Shown: one piece after another, positions 23,369 through 38,196 of the stretch | How the letters are laid out: each line of letters opens with the position of its first letter | How positions within the stretch are numbered: the stretch's first letter is position 1 | From: the human T2T-CHM13v2.0 reference genome, Homo sapiens | Reading direction: 5' to 3' (one strand) | Assembly (NCBI RefSeq): GCF_009914755.1 | Contig: NC_060926.1 | Length of the DNA: 64,000 bases | Made by a program: the position numbers and the translations under genes | The notes under the pieces: model-generated | The model's input: the letters and a program-made list of their open reading frames with translations, nothing else | Told to the model about the DNA's origin: nothing | Databases searched by the model: none

Positions 23369-24799
23369 TCAGCTTTTTCATTCTACAAAAAGCTACACTG
23401 AAGGGTCAACCATTTTCCTGTCTCTCTGCCTGGTGTATATATTGGAGGAGAGAAAACTTAGATGATGCTCAAAGGGGGTCATGTGTAACTTGCAACTTTA
23501 TTAGGGAATTCTCAGAACAGATCCCAAAAAGCAAAGGTATAAGAGAAGATGCTGGGCCAATCTCATTTAGACCTTTCTTGTGAAAGCTAAGCCAGTGAAA
23601 CCATGTGATTGATTCTTTTTAATATGGTATTATTGTCAGGGAATAGCTTCAATATGCACCGTAAGCATTAAATGCTAAAAATAATAACAGAAATTATAGA
23701 TTGTTCTGACACCAGAAGAACAGAATTATGCTTCTTAACTGCATTGCCTTTAGCCAATAAAAATGCAAAATCACTTTTCTAAAAACTGTTTTCTTCTGTG
23801 CTAGATTACCAAGAGATGGCAGCATTCCATCCATCATTCAGCAACTATGTATTCCTTGCTTGAGAAATAAGATTTCCCTTTTCCCAATGAAGTGCTGAGA
23901 ACACATAATAAAATTTAAAGTATGAATCTGTTTCATAATCACCCATTGTCACACAGTCATGTGGCTGTAGATTGCCTGGATCTAAGTTTGGGTGCTGATG
24001 ATACATAACTGTAAAGATTCAAATGACCCATTTTAAAATAATACATAGCATAGAGTTGGTGGTAGTGTACAAAATCCACTGAGTGATGATTTAAGAAAGA
24101 GAATGGTGATATGTGGTTCCTCCTTGGATGCACTTGAAGATTTCTATTTGCAGGTTTCCCCTTTCTGCAAGTACTTGGTAACCCAAAGCAAAATGTTCTG
24201 TGTTAACAAAGTCAGGCCACTGTGTTATCCAGTTTGATATTTTGTTTGGAGTTTGGTGTTCATCGGGCAGTGGAACATTTTAGTAAATGTAACATCACAA
24301 CCCACCAGTACATTCTAGTCAATGAATGGAACCACAGACATGTCATCTTTTCTAGGGAGAGGTGGAAGGAATTCTTTATTTGGAAAGATTCAGAAATTAT
24401 ATAAAGTTAAATATTTCACAAGTTCATGTTTCCACTGCTCAGCTTGTCATAAAAACTTTCTGGAATTTTTTCATCATTGAGTTGTTGTTTTATGACAGAG
24501 GCCAATGAAAAAAAATAATTTTGATACATTTATTACTTAAAAAGTGAACACATTTAAAGCAATGGGTATATTGACAGTCTCCCTTTTTTTTTTTAAGTAA
24601 CTATATAGTTTTACTAGTTTTCAATTGTCAAACATCACAGATTTGTTATAGAATTCACTTCTCAACCAATGACCTCTGTGAAATACCTTAAACACAGTTT
24701 TGGAATGTGTAGATTCTCTAATATGTCTCATTGCTTTCTGCATTATTGGAGGCCATTGCAGCCTCACTTGATGAGACAATCATGAATCTGAATAGTATC

Positions 24800-24950
24800 T
24801 GCGTTATCTTCATGTCACCCAAAGGATGACTCATTCATCCCAGAGAGTTGAACAGAGGTACAAAAAGTCACACAGCAAGTTAGTAGCAGACACAGCCATG
24901 GCTAAACTCTCGTGGTCTGACTGCCAAACCAGTGTGTTTGCTACTGAATC
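24800..24950 (-). mobile_element. MIR fragment
   Basis: aagtcacacagcaagttagtagcaga...ggtctgactgccaaaccagtgtg. Confidence 0.6.
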
Positions 24951-25897
24951 ATAATATGTAAACAATGTTCAGAAAATGACACCTTTGGTTTTTAAGGTGA
25001 GCCAGTAACAGTCCCTTTCAGGCATTCTTAGTTACCAGCATTGGAGGTATTTGAGCCATTATTTAAAAAAATATATATTTTGAGCCAAGGAAGGAGCAGT
25101 AGGAACTGATCTCTGCAGGCAAGGGAAGATGCTGGTGAGTTCTGGGCACACATGGAAAGGCATAGGTCCTCCCTCTATCAGAGACTGGAGGTTGAGCTGT
25201 GTGTCCAGAGGCAGGAACTTTTATCTATTGCATAAGACCCCTGTGCTCCTGTGTCTATTCACTTCTAAGAGAGAAGATCCACCAAGTAGGACCTCAGAGG
25301 GATCTCCAATTGTTTTCTGCAGATTGGGCATTTTGCCTAAGTCTAACTGAGAGGTTTGAAAGGATGAATACATTTTTCCCCATTGGAGAGCCAAAGCTCT
25401 TACTGCTCCTTCCTTTGCTCAAAATAATATTCTTTCAAATAACGGCTCAACTACCTCCAAAGTTACACACAGATCAAGGCCTAGGTACAGACTTGCTGAA
25501 AGTGTTACAGTTACTGCTGCAGCCAGAGACTGGGAGGCCTTGAAGGATGGCTCCTCTCTGGCTGATAATCAAATGAACTAAATCTCCCCTTCAGCTTCTT
25601 CCTTCAGGGCAACAATGCCCCAGGTGGCAGAGTCCCAGAGATGTGGGGTTTTTATTGACGAGGCACAGTCTTATCTCTTTGGTTTCCATGGATGTCCCTT
25701 TAAAGTGGATCCAGGGCCCTGGAATAAGCAGAAAAATCTTGAACAAGGAAATGTCTCAATGACTTCTCCAAGGCTCTTTTTCCTACACATAAGAAAGCCT
25801 TCATGGGGTCTGATTATCCAAAGGCCTGCATAAGAGGGCCAAGTTCTCCTTCTCTCAAGGTCCAAATTAGAAAGAAAAAAAATAGGAGAAATTATTG

Positions 25898-26140
25898 ATA
25901 ATAATGACAGTCTTTTGTTATGGGTCAGATATGATTCTGAGTGCTTTTCATATGTTAATATTTATTTTCTACACTCATCCTATGCAACTGCTACCATTAT
26001 TACCTCCATTTTGCAGAGGAAACTGAGTCTCAGAGAGGTTAAACAACTTCTTGAGGTCACACAGGTAGTAGGCGCTGAGACTGGAATTTGATCCCAGGGA
26101 GACTGACTCCAGCTGTTTACTCTTAACTATACCTTACTGT
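25898..26140 (-). mobile_element. MIR SINE, near full length
   Basis: ccattttgcagaggaaactgagtctcagagaggttaaacaactt...aggtcacacag...ggaatttgatcccagg...tgactccag. Confidence 0.85.
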
Positions 26141-27586
26141 CTCTGTGCCTATTTTCACCCCATCATGGTTAGTATTTTCTTTTTCTCTTTAGAAAGTCAA
26201 ACCATAGCTAGTTGTGGTGTGACCTGTCTATTTTTATCTGTATTTCCAGAGAACACAGAGGCAATCAGGGTGGGAGACTTGAAAGCAAGAATGTTTATTC
26301 CTGGCTGGGAAATATACAGTTTCCCTGATATGACCATAGATGGTGCTCAACCCTGAGGACAGCGGCCTCCTGGTTATAGGGTTCCTTCAGATGGCTCCAG
26401 TTAATCTGCTGAGCGTATAAAGATGGTGCAGATCAGACCCAGGCACTGATGTGGAAAGGTGATCCGCCATGCCTTGCCCTCGAATGAGACAGATCTCATA
26501 GGCGTTAATTTTTCAACAAGCCCCAGAGTCATTTTGGGCAGATTTTACCTGCTTGTGTCCATCAGGTTTATCTCTCTTTCCTCTACTGCTGGAAACAGAA
26601 ACATGACTTTGATTTACACTTCTCACAGAAAGCAAACTTTTCAGCCATTGGTTTCCAAAGTGCTTCCTATGGAAAAAAGGGAGGAAAAAAGCAGCCTAGT
26701 GGAACTTTTCTTCCAAAGACTTTTCTCCACCTCTCACCTTGTTGAATAGATAAATTTAGATGGCAATACATCTCTAGCTTCTGCTTTAACCTCTGGAGCT
26801 GCTCACCACTTCCCAGCTTCCATAGTTTCGAGCCATCCTCCATTTCAAGGTCTCTACTTGTCAATTTTCTCCATAGAATTGAGTTCTCTGAATACTTGTT
26901 CATAAATCCTTTAATTGAAGAAGATTGCTGTGGTGAATTTTACATTCTCTCTATTTCATCTGTTGATCTTGTTTGGAGAGCCTCAGAAAGAACCAGTGCC
27001 CCCTGACCTTTCATTTAGCAACACAATTTATCCTAAAATAGGTAAAACAATTTGCAAGAGAAAACTTTCCTACTGTTCTAAGCTTCCAAAGAATAGGAAA
27101 CAATTTATAGTAGATGTTTGATAAAAGTCTTAGGAATCCCTCAATTACTGAATGTGGGTGAAACAATAGAAAATAATGAATTTGTAGGAGTAAAGAGCAG
27201 AGGCCTCAGACCTGGACAAGAGTCAGGATGATTAAAGGCATTGGGGCAAATGGCCAGGCCATAAATACACTGCCTACCTTCCTTATTTCTGAGTCTTTGG
27301 ATTCAGGGTAGCTTTCACTCATGTTCCTTGCTATACATTGATGTACAGATAAAATTCAACATTTAAGTCAATCAAGTTTATTTCTAAGATCTATTTACTT
27401 TCTTGGTCATTATAGGGGTTTGGTTGTAAGTTTTACTATCTCTTAGTAGCAATATCCACTGGCTAGAGGAATGTATCCATTGTTAGTTTCCATTATCTTG
27501 TAGGTGACTGTATTTACCCCTTCCTGAAAGAAGATGATGACAGGACCTCTATTAGACCATATGCTTCATTATAATAAAAGAGTTGT

Positions 27587-27805
27587 ATCATTTATTGACT
27601 CAGTTGTAAACCAAGAACTATACTAAGAATTGTAACCATATTATCTCATTTAAACTGAAAAATAACCCTATTAGGCATTTTTAGTTATCCTCATTTTACA
27701 GGTGAAAAACCAAAGGTTTAGCAAGATGAAGAAATTTGCCTAAAGTCACATTGCTAGTAAATGGTAGAGCAAAGATTGAATCCGAGATGTCTGACTATGA
27801 AAGCT
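27587..27805 (-). mobile_element. MIR SINE
   Basis: atctcatttaa...tcctcattttacaggtgaaaaacc...aatttgcctaaagtcacattgctagtaaatggtagagc. Confidence 0.85.
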
Positions 27806-28177
27806 GCAGTAGAAACAATTAGCCTCTTTCAGTGTCTCCTTAGGGCTTTAATTTTGTCTCTTAGTGTTGGCCCTTGTGTCTTATCCTTTATATCCTTGGA
27901 GCCTGAAACATAGAAGGTGCATGGGAGACAATGATGTTGACAGATTAGATTTGATGGCTCTTTTCTGATTTACCTGATGTGTAGTTATGAACAAAGTAGG
28001 TTTTAGAATACATTCTGCTCTTTTAACTCTGATCACCAAGATCTCATACCACATTTGTGCCTCTCTATATTTTTTTTTGTGTGTAAACTATAAACTCCCT
28101 AGGAGTAGGAATTATTTTTGCTTCATTTCTCAACTAAGTTCTTTGAATAGGGATAATCTTTTATTCCTATTTATCTA

Positions 28178-28290
28178 TTATATATATATACACACACACA
28201 CATATATAAAATATAATAATATGTATTATTTATGTGTATATATACAAATAACATTATAGTGCAATATATTATATATATTATACATATGTT
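28178..28290. repeat. (TA)n(CA)n low-complexity tract
   Basis: tatatatatatacacacacacacatatata with AT-rich flanks. Confidence 0.8.
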
Positions 28291-29924
28291 ACTGATTTAA
28301 TGGTGACATTGACCCAATAGAAACATCAAAACAATGGAAACATCAAAAAAGACGACATCAACATGGAGAATGAGGCATGCCTTGCACTGTCACAAAAAGT
28401 CACCTGAGGCCGACCTGCTCAGCTAGAAGGAGTGATCCGCCTTATGCTTCCATTTTGCCTGTACTTTGCCTCTCCCAGTACCCAGTACCTTTCTCAGTGT
28501 ATTCTACAGTAATTGTTCCTATTCCATTTTCTGTATTTCTCGCTGGACCATGATCTCCAGAAAGGCAAGTACTGTAGAACCCAGCTCCTGATTGCTCATT
28601 CCACATTTGAGGAATGATTGAATGTACTTATCTGTGGTTATCTACAACTTCAGATGCCAAGTACTCTGCATGAGTTATTTGGACTGGATGAACTGAAGCA
28701 CAATCCTGAGGCTCATTGATGGCAAACATGAGGAAGATTTTTGGAAATAGATAACGATATGCTAAGTGGTATTCTCAGTAACAACAACAAAACAGAATGA
28801 ACTTAGTCCTGTGTGGAAGAGATCGAATGCTCATTCTTCTAATCAATTCTTAGAAGCAGCAATTAGAAAGCAAACCAAAAATCATGCCTATAATGACGAC
28901 ATAGAAATTATCCAAAGGCACATAAACATGATGAAGACACAGTGTGTGAGTGAGTTTTGAGGCCCCAAGTGAAGGTCACCATCACCAGAGGTAAAAGATG
29001 TAAACCGGGTTTCACAGAGACTAACAGCCGAGTCATTTACTTGATTCCTGGAATACAGCAATTCAGAGAAAAGCTGGAGGATGCTCTTTTGTTTTCAAGG
29101 TAACAGTAGATAAAGGGTTTAATAGGGCTTTCTCTGTCTATACGCAATCTAGTCAGGCTGCGAGTGGCTTTTCTCCTGTAACACAGATCCCTGCAGAAAC
29201 TGACTGCTGGCTTAGAAATGGCAGCACCAGAAAAAAAAGCTGCTGGAGGCTGAATAATTATTTCATGTCTGATCCCTAGGTCTAATACCTCGTGAGTGAA
29301 GCAAACCCTTTAGTAAAACAAATACCCACATTACACCTATAGGAGCAAAGAGACAAACAAGAAGAGGCAGCCAATTCTGTTGCTGAGGCAGGCGCCAGTG
29401 AGGATTGCCAGAGGGCATCTGCATGGCTAGCAACAAAGCCTGTCTCCGTCTGCGAAATGGGGTGCACTGCTAGCTGCCTGAGCTGGCTCCTGCAAGGACA
29501 CCACTGTAGGGGATATTAGGACAGCTCTGGCTCGAGCATAGACGTGATGTTTGCTAAATTGATTTCCATTTTTACTAACTGAAAACTAGTCGCTAAAGGG
29601 AGAGTGATTTCCGGGTGCCATATGGGGACATGGATATTTTCTAATTTAGTGGCTTGAATATTACGTGTTCATCTTTGTATTAAGACATTTTATTATAATT
29701 ATATATACTGCCCCTGGCTGAAACAAACAGAGCTATTTGTTGAAAGGTTAAACGAGGAGAGTTGATGACTTCGCTCATGCTTGGGGAATCAAAAGAGATA
29801 TGACACCCGCATTATGTCAATTATGTTCCAGGAAGCACAGCATGTCAGGAAGGAGCAAGGTCTGCAGTGTTGATCAAAGGAGAGTGATAAACTCAGATCT
29901 CATTTACAACCTTAGCATCGTGTC

Positions 29925-30085
29925 CTGACAGAGCTGGAAAGATCTTCAACATCATTTAGTCAAAACCTTTCATTTTAGAAATCGAGGGCCCGGAAAAGGG
30001 AAATGACTATCCCAAGATCACACATCCATAGGCAGATTCAAGAATATTCCAGGTTTTTGAAACCTAGTCTTGTGAGCTCTCCACT
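29925..30085 (-). mobile_element. MIR3/MIRc fragment
   Basis: gagctggaaagatcttcaacatcatttagtc...tcattttagaaa...gaaatgactatcccaagatcacac. Confidence 0.65.
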
Positions 30086-30378
30086 TAATCCCATTACTTT
30101 GCCTCTTCCCTCCAGGTAGCTGTGGTTCGTTTGTTGGATGTGACAGTGATTACAGTGATTGAAAAAACTTTGTTTCTTTTCTAAAACACATATTTTAGAA
30201 AAGCTTTCAAAAATAGAAAATATGCATATATATGTATATATATAATTTTCAAGAAAAAAGAACAGAGTCAATACCCTACTACTTAGGAGGATGTGGTTGA
30301 TACAGCATTTGTGTAGTTCAAGCAATCAAAAATGTTTCACCTGCACTACAGCTGAGTTTCCAAAAGTCATTTAGCCCT

Positions 30379-30623
30379 TGTTACGATCTGAATGTTTGCG
30401 TCTCCCCAAAATTCATGTGTTGAAATGCAATCTCCAGCATAATGCTGGGAGGTGGGTCCTGTGGAAGATGATTAGATCATGAGTGACTTTTCCCTTATGA
30501 ATAGAATGAATGCTCTTATAAAAGAAGCCTAAGGGACTTTGTTTGCCCCTTCCACCATGTGAGGACACAGCTAGAAGGCACCATCTTTGAAGCAGAGAGT
30601 GAGCCTGAAGTATTTTGTTATAG
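30379..30623 (+). mobile_element. MLT1A/MLT1A0 MaLR LTR with internal deletion
   Basis: tctgaatgtttgcgtctccccaaaattcatgtgttgaaa...ccttccaccatgtgaggacacagctagaaggcaccatct; jumps to gtattttgttatag. Confidence 0.85.
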
Positions 30624-30884
30624 ATACTTCTTGTCTTGTTCTCTGAACTTCTGAGAAGCAGAAGCTATTTTAAAGCCAACTTCTTAATATCAATGTATCT
30701 ATTCAGGTTAAATTATTACAGATATATACGAAACTCTCTCCCTTCTCCCTCTCTCTCTCACACACACATGCACACGCGCATGCCACCAAATTAAATATGA
30801 GGTGTTATTCGACAATTGCTAAATAACGAATTCACTAAATACTACAGAATTTAAGCAAGTGGATACGTTTCTTACCCTTGGAAA

Positions 30885-31070
30885 GATTTCTTAGAGTTGG
30901 TGGGACTTGAATTGGATGTTGAAAGATGAGAAAATTTCGACAATAAAAGAAGAAAGAAGGAACCATTTCAAGGGAGAGAACAAGATGTGGGACTGAGCGT
31001 GATATAGGAGTGACAGGGTGGTGCTGGGGTTATGAAAAGTGATTGGGGTTGGTTGCACTGGCCTCAGAGG
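30885..31070 (-). mobile_element. L2 fragment
   Basis: gacttgaattggatgttgaaagatgag...catttcaagggagagaacaag. Confidence 0.5.
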
Positions 31071-31726
31071 CACATACACAGGCAGAAATGAAGTATGTTT
31101 TCAGGGAAGCTCAGTAGGTTACAATTATAGAGAAGACGTACTAAGATAACACACTCAAAAATTGAAACTCAATACTATGTGTAGGTACATTGAGGTGATG
31201 CGTACGATTAGTTGTTTTCAAGAATTAAACTAAACTAGATTTTATGTAAAATACAATAATTCTCTTTCATTAGTGACTTAGAGAGGGAGCTCTCTCTTCC
31301 TCAACTCCCACATCCATCTGGCCCCAACCTTATTCCCTGCCAATCTAAGTCAAATTTAAAGTAAGGAACAAAAAAATCTGTAATTGAAGTTGTCTATTTT
31401 TGCTAGTTATGTCTATCTCCTCAATGCTGCTTATGATTAAATCAGATGTCCCAATAACTGCTAATGGTAACGATTTAAATGAAAACTTTTTAGTTTTATT
31501 CAACATATAATTGGCAAATACTTACTATTAAGTCTTAACGTGTGCCTGAAATTGGGCTGGTGTCCGAGACTTGGAGAACAATAACAAAATAAGCTCTCAG
31601 TTCTCAAGCAGCTTGAAATCAACTAGGGGAACTTAATGCTGGAAAATATTCCAGATGTGCTTTCAGAGATCTGTTCAGTGAAACTTGGCACATAGGAATC
31701 ATTTAATACACGTTTGGTGAATTGAC

Positions 31727-33575
31727 AACCCCTCATCTTGTGCCCTAGATCCCATTCCTTCTCACCTTTTCGAGGACTTTGACTTTTCCGCTCCCCAACA
31801 TACGTGATGTTCCCTCTTCAATAGGGTCATTCCCATTAGTAGGTAAACACGGTATCATCATTCCTATCTGAAAAATAAAATATAGTCAGCAAAAACCTCT
31901 TTTGACCCCACATCCCCCTCCAACTCTTGTCACTCCCCCTACTCCCTGCCCCTTTTATACTCATGTCTGCTTTTTCAGTGAGCATCCTCACATGAGTTTA
32001 TTCCAACGAGGCTCCTTCATCCAGTCCACATTACTTTATCGACACCACAGTTAGAAGGAGCACTGGTGATCGCTTTGCCGCCAGTCCAAGTTACTTCTCT
32101 CTTCGTATTTTACTTTATCCCTCAATAACATTAGCAAACAAACTCCTGTCTTCTCGGAGCTGGGTTTTTCTCTTGGCATCATGGCACTAGACACGCCTGG
32201 TTTTCCTCTTCATTCTTCAATGCCGGCTTCTCCCACTGCTCGATCTGTCTTATCTCCTGCTTTTCTCTCTCTTTGCATTATCCCTAGGTGATATAACTGA
32301 CATCCTGGTTTTAATTACTATCTCTATGCCAGTGACCCTCAAACTGTATCTCTAGTTCTTATTATTCCCCAACAATCCAAGTGTGAATATCCTTCCAGGT
32401 GAGTGTCATGTGGGTGTTTCAACTTTAACAAGGCAGGTATAATTTTCTCAATTTCCCAGCCCAGCTTTGCTCCTACATCAATTCTCTACATCTCTCTTTT
32501 TGGCGTTACCATATACCTAGTTTCCCAAGCCAAAGCTCAAAATTTTTACTTGGTTCTTCGTTTCTCCTCAATTCTTACATCCAATTCATGAGTAAAAACT
32601 ATAGATTCTACCTATAGTCAGGCCTAACATTATTAAGTTTTCTTCCTTTTATATAACCCCTAGCAAAACCACTGCCACTTCTAACTGAGTCTAATGCAAT
32701 AGCTGATTTTCCTATTTCTCTTTTTACCTATTTACAAAGTGTTCCATAACATACTCAGAATTATCCTTTACATATGTAAATCAGACCATATTCATTTCCT
32801 ACATAAGACCCACTAATGGCTTCCCAACACACCTAAAATTAAAATTCCTTTCTCTGCCTTATAAAGCCTAAGATGATTGGTTCCTAGTTACTATTCCAGC
32901 TGCTTCTTATACTCACTCTGTGGTATGCAAGAAAATACTCAAAAACAGGCTCTCTGAATGGGAGTTGAGGGTTGGGGACAAAGAGGGAGTCCTGATTCAC
33001 AGTGTTTGCCGATTTCTCAGGTATGAATATTCCTACCATAGTCAATTATAAGCTACCAACGTTATATGAATTGCCTTACAAAATCCCTGAAAATGCAACA
33101 ATTGTCTCTCACTAGGAATAAAAACCAGCCAGCACCTGGTGTAAACCTTCATCACAATGCTCTAGCCACCCTGATCTTCATTTATTTCCTCAAAAACATC
33201 ATTCAAGTACCTGTTTTAGCCCATGGATCCCATTTTTCCCTCTGCCTGAAATCCTCTTCCTCTTGATTATAATACAGAACAAGAACCATTCTTGCTATTT
33301 GGGTCTTATCTAAGTGTAGAGACTCCTCATTGAGGTCATCTTCGACCATCCCATATAGTTACCATTTAGTCATTCTCTAGTACATGCTCCAACAGTAACT
33401 CTCTCCATAAGACCCGAAGCTGTCTGGCTTTCACCTAATGTGTATATTTATTTATATTCTGTTTGCCTCACTATAATTTAATCTCCATGATTGCAGGGTC
33501 CTTGTTGATCATGTTCACAGCTGTATCCCCAGTGCCGAGAGCAGTGCCTAACACACACCAGATGCTCAATTTGAA
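31727..33575 (+). mobile_element. L2 (L2a-like) LINE, long 3' fragment, interrupted by MER63
   Basis: cttgtgccctagatcccattccttctc, ctctatgccagtgaccctcaaactgtatctctag, aaatcagaccatatt; 3' end ctgtatccccagtgcc...cagtgcctaacacacaccagatgctcaat. Confidence 0.8.
32918..33140. mobile_element. MER63A (hAT-Blackjack) DNA transposon
   Basis: cctgattcacagtgtttgccgatttc...ctaccatagtcaattataagctaccaacgt...caaaatccctgaaaatgcaacaattg...ccagcac. Confidence 0.75.
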
Positions 33576-34074
33576 AAACATTTCTAGCACAATTGATCTC
33601 TGCTTGCTTACATGGTCTTTCTAATAACCATAAAGTCAATTTTCCCAAACACAACTTGCCTTCCTCCTGGTCTGCCATTTTGAACTCCCACATTTCCTAG
33701 CCTGCAATGCTGTACCTGTCTCTCTGCTCTTCAAATGTTAAAATCTCTTTACCCTAAAAGGCTACAGTCATGTCTTTTTGTTAAAATAAATTTTTTATGG
33801 TCATTCCAGGCCATGGATTCCTTCACCTTTGAAGGCCAGCAGTACATTTTAACTGCATAGGTGTCTGGTAATTAATTGCTAATGTACTGCCCAGTGACAC
33901 CCTCAGTTACTCTCTTCTCTTGTGATTTATTACTTTTATTTTCATTTAATGTATTCAATGCCCATATCATCTTTCTGCCATTTGACTCTGAGCTTCTGTA
34001 GGTCCACTCCAGGTGTGTACTTCCGTCCATGTCCACTAAGATTCTTGGAGCCATTACATGAACACAGTGCATGT

Positions 34075-34595
34075 TTAGTAAGTGTCCATGAGTTGGATTT
34101 GCTTTATGGATCTCCTTTTATTTTCCTTTATAGGAGCATGCTCCATTCTTCTTTACTTTGGTTTGTGTCCTGGGAAACTGACATGTATGCACTTCATTAA
34201 AGAGCTCTCATCCTTTCTGGCTGTGATGAGGTTGAGCCAAGGGAGAGCAGGAGTTCAGGATCTGGTGGGAGAAAGGAGAGTGAGGTCAGAGTATGCATTT
34301 CTCCCGGCCCTTCCCCTCCCTGCAGGGTTATAGTGAGTTTGCTTTACCTTTTGTTGTAAAGCATCAACTTTCATCAGGTAATGTATCTACCTAGCGCTCT
34401 CTCTCTCTCTGGCTCCAGGGGCCACTTCCTCTTCTCAATCCTTCAAGTCTAAGGGTGGTTACTAGACCTGTGGTATGTCACCATTCCTTGGAATTTCTGT
34501 ACACATTGCTCATACCTTTATAAGTAGTCTCTTTATTGAACTCTTCTCAACTTACCCAATTCGAGGGTGTCTCCTGTTTCCTGCTAAATCCCACA
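34075..34595 (+). mobile_element. LTR33-family ERVL solo LTR
   Basis: gagagtgaggtcagagtat...aagtctaagggtggt...catacctttataagtagtctctttattgaactcttctcaacttacccaattcgagggtgtctcctgtttcctgc. Confidence 0.8.
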
Positions 34596-34849
34596 ATAAT
34601 TTCTCCCCTTTACACAGAAGCTGACCCATTCTTTAGTACATAGCTTGGGTCCTACCTCTGCTTGAAGCTTTCTCTATTTACTTCTGATAGAAATGAGGCT
34701 CAACACATTTTAGCTCAATTGTATTTGGCCAAGTTATGTTTTTATAAATTCCAGTCCCCTTGTCTGTGACAAGGAAATTCCTGCCTCTAATAGGAATTAC
34801 ATTTCTTGAAAACAGAGATGTGAATATACACCCCAAAATCTCTTTTCTC

Positions 34850-35990
34850 TAGCTTCATCACCATTATCCCATGATGAGCTACCATCATCTCTCACCTGGC
34901 TTGTGCCCATTCCAGAGGCCTTTCTAATTAATTGAGCTGCATCTTTTCTGGATCTTCTCACATCTGTCTATGTTCCATGGTCAGTGTGTTAGTCCATTCT
35001 TGCATTCATATAAAGAAATAGCTGGGAGTGGGTAATTTATAAAGAGGTTTAATTGACTCACAGTTCTGCAGGCTGTACAGGAAGCATAGCAGCATCTGCT
35101 TCTGGGGAGGCCTCAAGAGGCTTCCAATCATTGTGGAAGAGGAAGAGGGATCAGTGACATCACATGACAAGAGCAGAAGCAAGAGAGAGAGGCGGGGAAG
35201 GTGCTATACACTTTTAAATGACTAGATCTCATGAGAACTCACTCGCTATTGCAAGGGAATGGTGCTAAACTATTCATGAGAAATCCGCCCCCATGATCCA
35301 ATCACCTCTCACCAGGCCCCACCTCCAACATTGTGGATTACATATCAGCACGAGATTTGTATGGGACATTCAAACCACCTTAGTCAGGGTGATGCCTAAA
35401 ACATTCAAATCTGATCATACTTCACCACTCATATCCCAGACACACATGCACAGAGACATTCCATGCATGTCCATTAACAGCCCTTCCACACTCTGAAGAA
35501 AACAAAATGCCTGAACTTGATTCACAAGGTGTCTCATACTCTGGTCATCACCTAATTCACCAGCTCCCTCTCACACTATAGCTCTTGGCTCTTTCCAGTT
35601 CAGTGACACTGGCTTTCTTTCAATGTCCCAGATGCCCCATATCCCCTCCTTTCATGGAGCATCTGATATGCAGCCTCCACTCCCTGGAATGTTCTTTCTT
35701 CCTCTCTTCCTCAGTTAACTTGTTCTTATCTCCAGATCTCATCTTAAGTGTCATTTTTCTCCAGGAAGTATTCCTGACTTTTATAACTAGGTCATATTTC
35801 CTTATTTCCAAGTTTCTTCTCCTCATAGCAATCATCACAGTTGCAGCTTTGCATTTGTTTGAGTGATTACTGATTTGTCTGTATCTTCCACCAGCTCACA
35901 AACTTCACAAACACAGAGTCCAGGTTTGCTCACTCTTGGCCAACAGTGCTGAGTAGTACTGGGCACTCAATAAATATTTGCTGGACAAAC
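34850..35990 (+). mobile_element. L2 3' region, interrupted by MSTA
   Basis: ctaccatcatctctcacctgg...aaatctgatcat...ccctggaatgttctt...gcactcaataaatatttgctg. Confidence 0.75.
34985..35382 (-). mobile_element. MSTA MaLR solo LTR
   Basis: ttctgcaggctgtacaggaagcatagcagcatctgcttctggggaggcctc...ggtgctaaactattcatgagaaatccgcccccatgatccaatcacctc; 5 bp TSD gtcag (34980-34984, 35383-35387). Confidence 0.92.
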
Positions 35991-36254
35991 ATACGATTCT
36001 GACCCAGTGGTAATGGATGCCTCATATCTACTGAATTTCTTCACAATTACATTTGTTATTCTTCTGAAAAGTATTTCTATTTTAATCAGATAAGTAGACA
36101 AATCACCATGACAAAAAAGAGTAAGTTATTATAAAAGTACGTAAATATTTGGGGTTCCTTATAAAGCAGTGGTAAATGCAGATAAGTAAAAGAGAAAATC
36201 CAGAGATAAGTACTGTTAATATATTGGTGTATGTTATTCAAGAATATATTTCTA

Positions 36255-37050
<796 letters not shown>

Positions 37051-37053
37051 ATA

Positions 37054-37102
37054 TGTGTGCAGTGTGTATGTGTGTGCATGCATGTGTGTGTATGTGTGTG
37101 TG
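37054..37102. repeat. Imperfect (TG)n microsatellite
   Basis: tgtgtgcagtgtgtatgtgtgtgcatgcatgtgtgtgtatgtgtgtgtg. Confidence 0.85.
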
Positions 37103-38173
37103 CTAGGCACATTGTTTCCTAGCCTCTTACCTCATGCAATGATATATCATGACCATCTTTAAAAGAATGGCGCTGAAACTGTAGCATTTCTGTCATCCTG
37201 ACATGCTTGACAAAAGCAGAGCTTGGCCTGTGCTTGGCAGGAGAAAGCAGTTTTGCTCGGCCTTTTCATTCTTTCAGTGGAAGCACCACTGAGAAATGAA
37301 AAGTAGAGGAGAGGAAACCACAGGGCAAAGGAGGAGGCCTAGAGAGAGACTGAGCAAAAAGATCCTGGATTTAGGCCACAAGGAGGAAAAGTCATTCAAA
37401 GAAAAGGCAAGCAGACCAAATGAGCTCATTTCTGAGAGAGGAAATGGGAGTTAATGAATAAAGATAGAACTAGAAATCTAAGGAGATAATTGGCCTTACT
37501 AGATATAGGGTCTCTTGCCAGAACAGTACATCCTCAAAATGCTAATTCAGAGCCCCAGAAGATTGGAATAGCATTAGATCAGAACAGACTCATCAGACCT
37601 ATTTGCAGGAAAGTCAGGAGGGCTTGGAGAACAGGGATATAAGTCGGCATCTGAAGCAGGAGAAGGAAGATATATGTCACTCATTTTCCCTGGCCTGGCC
37701 TCTTCCTGAAATCTCTTGGGCTTGGCTGCTCCCCTCCCTTGCTCTGCACACAGGTGGAGGTGGAAGATGAGGCCCCTCCCAGTGGTATCTACTGAAGATG
37801 TGTCCTTCCATCCTGAGGCGGCTGTGCTCCCAGAGCTGTGCGTCACAAAGTTTTCCAGGAGTTCTGAGGGTGTGTGCTCAGCTGTCTGTCCCAATCGCCC
37901 AGAGATGTTTCCTGTCCCAGGGGCCTGCAAAGCCAACTCTTTGGATTTGGCCAATGCCAGCCACCTACTGAGCCCTGTTAGCATTATTTAAATATCATTT
38001 CACATTTTATATTCTCATGGCGGGTAACATGATCTCAAATTCGTGCAGCATCTGCTCTTTCCTTATCCATCTACTCTGGAGATAATTTTTAAGAGATTTT
38101 TTTTTCTAATGACTCCAAATTTAAAGCTTTTTTAATGTGGAAGTTTGGGAGACTTTGAAAAGTCATGCTCAGC

Positions 38174-38196
38174 AAAAAAAAAAAAAAAAAAAAAAA
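38174..38196. repeat. Poly(A)23 tract
   Basis: Uninterrupted A run with no attached retroelement body. Confidence 0.9.
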
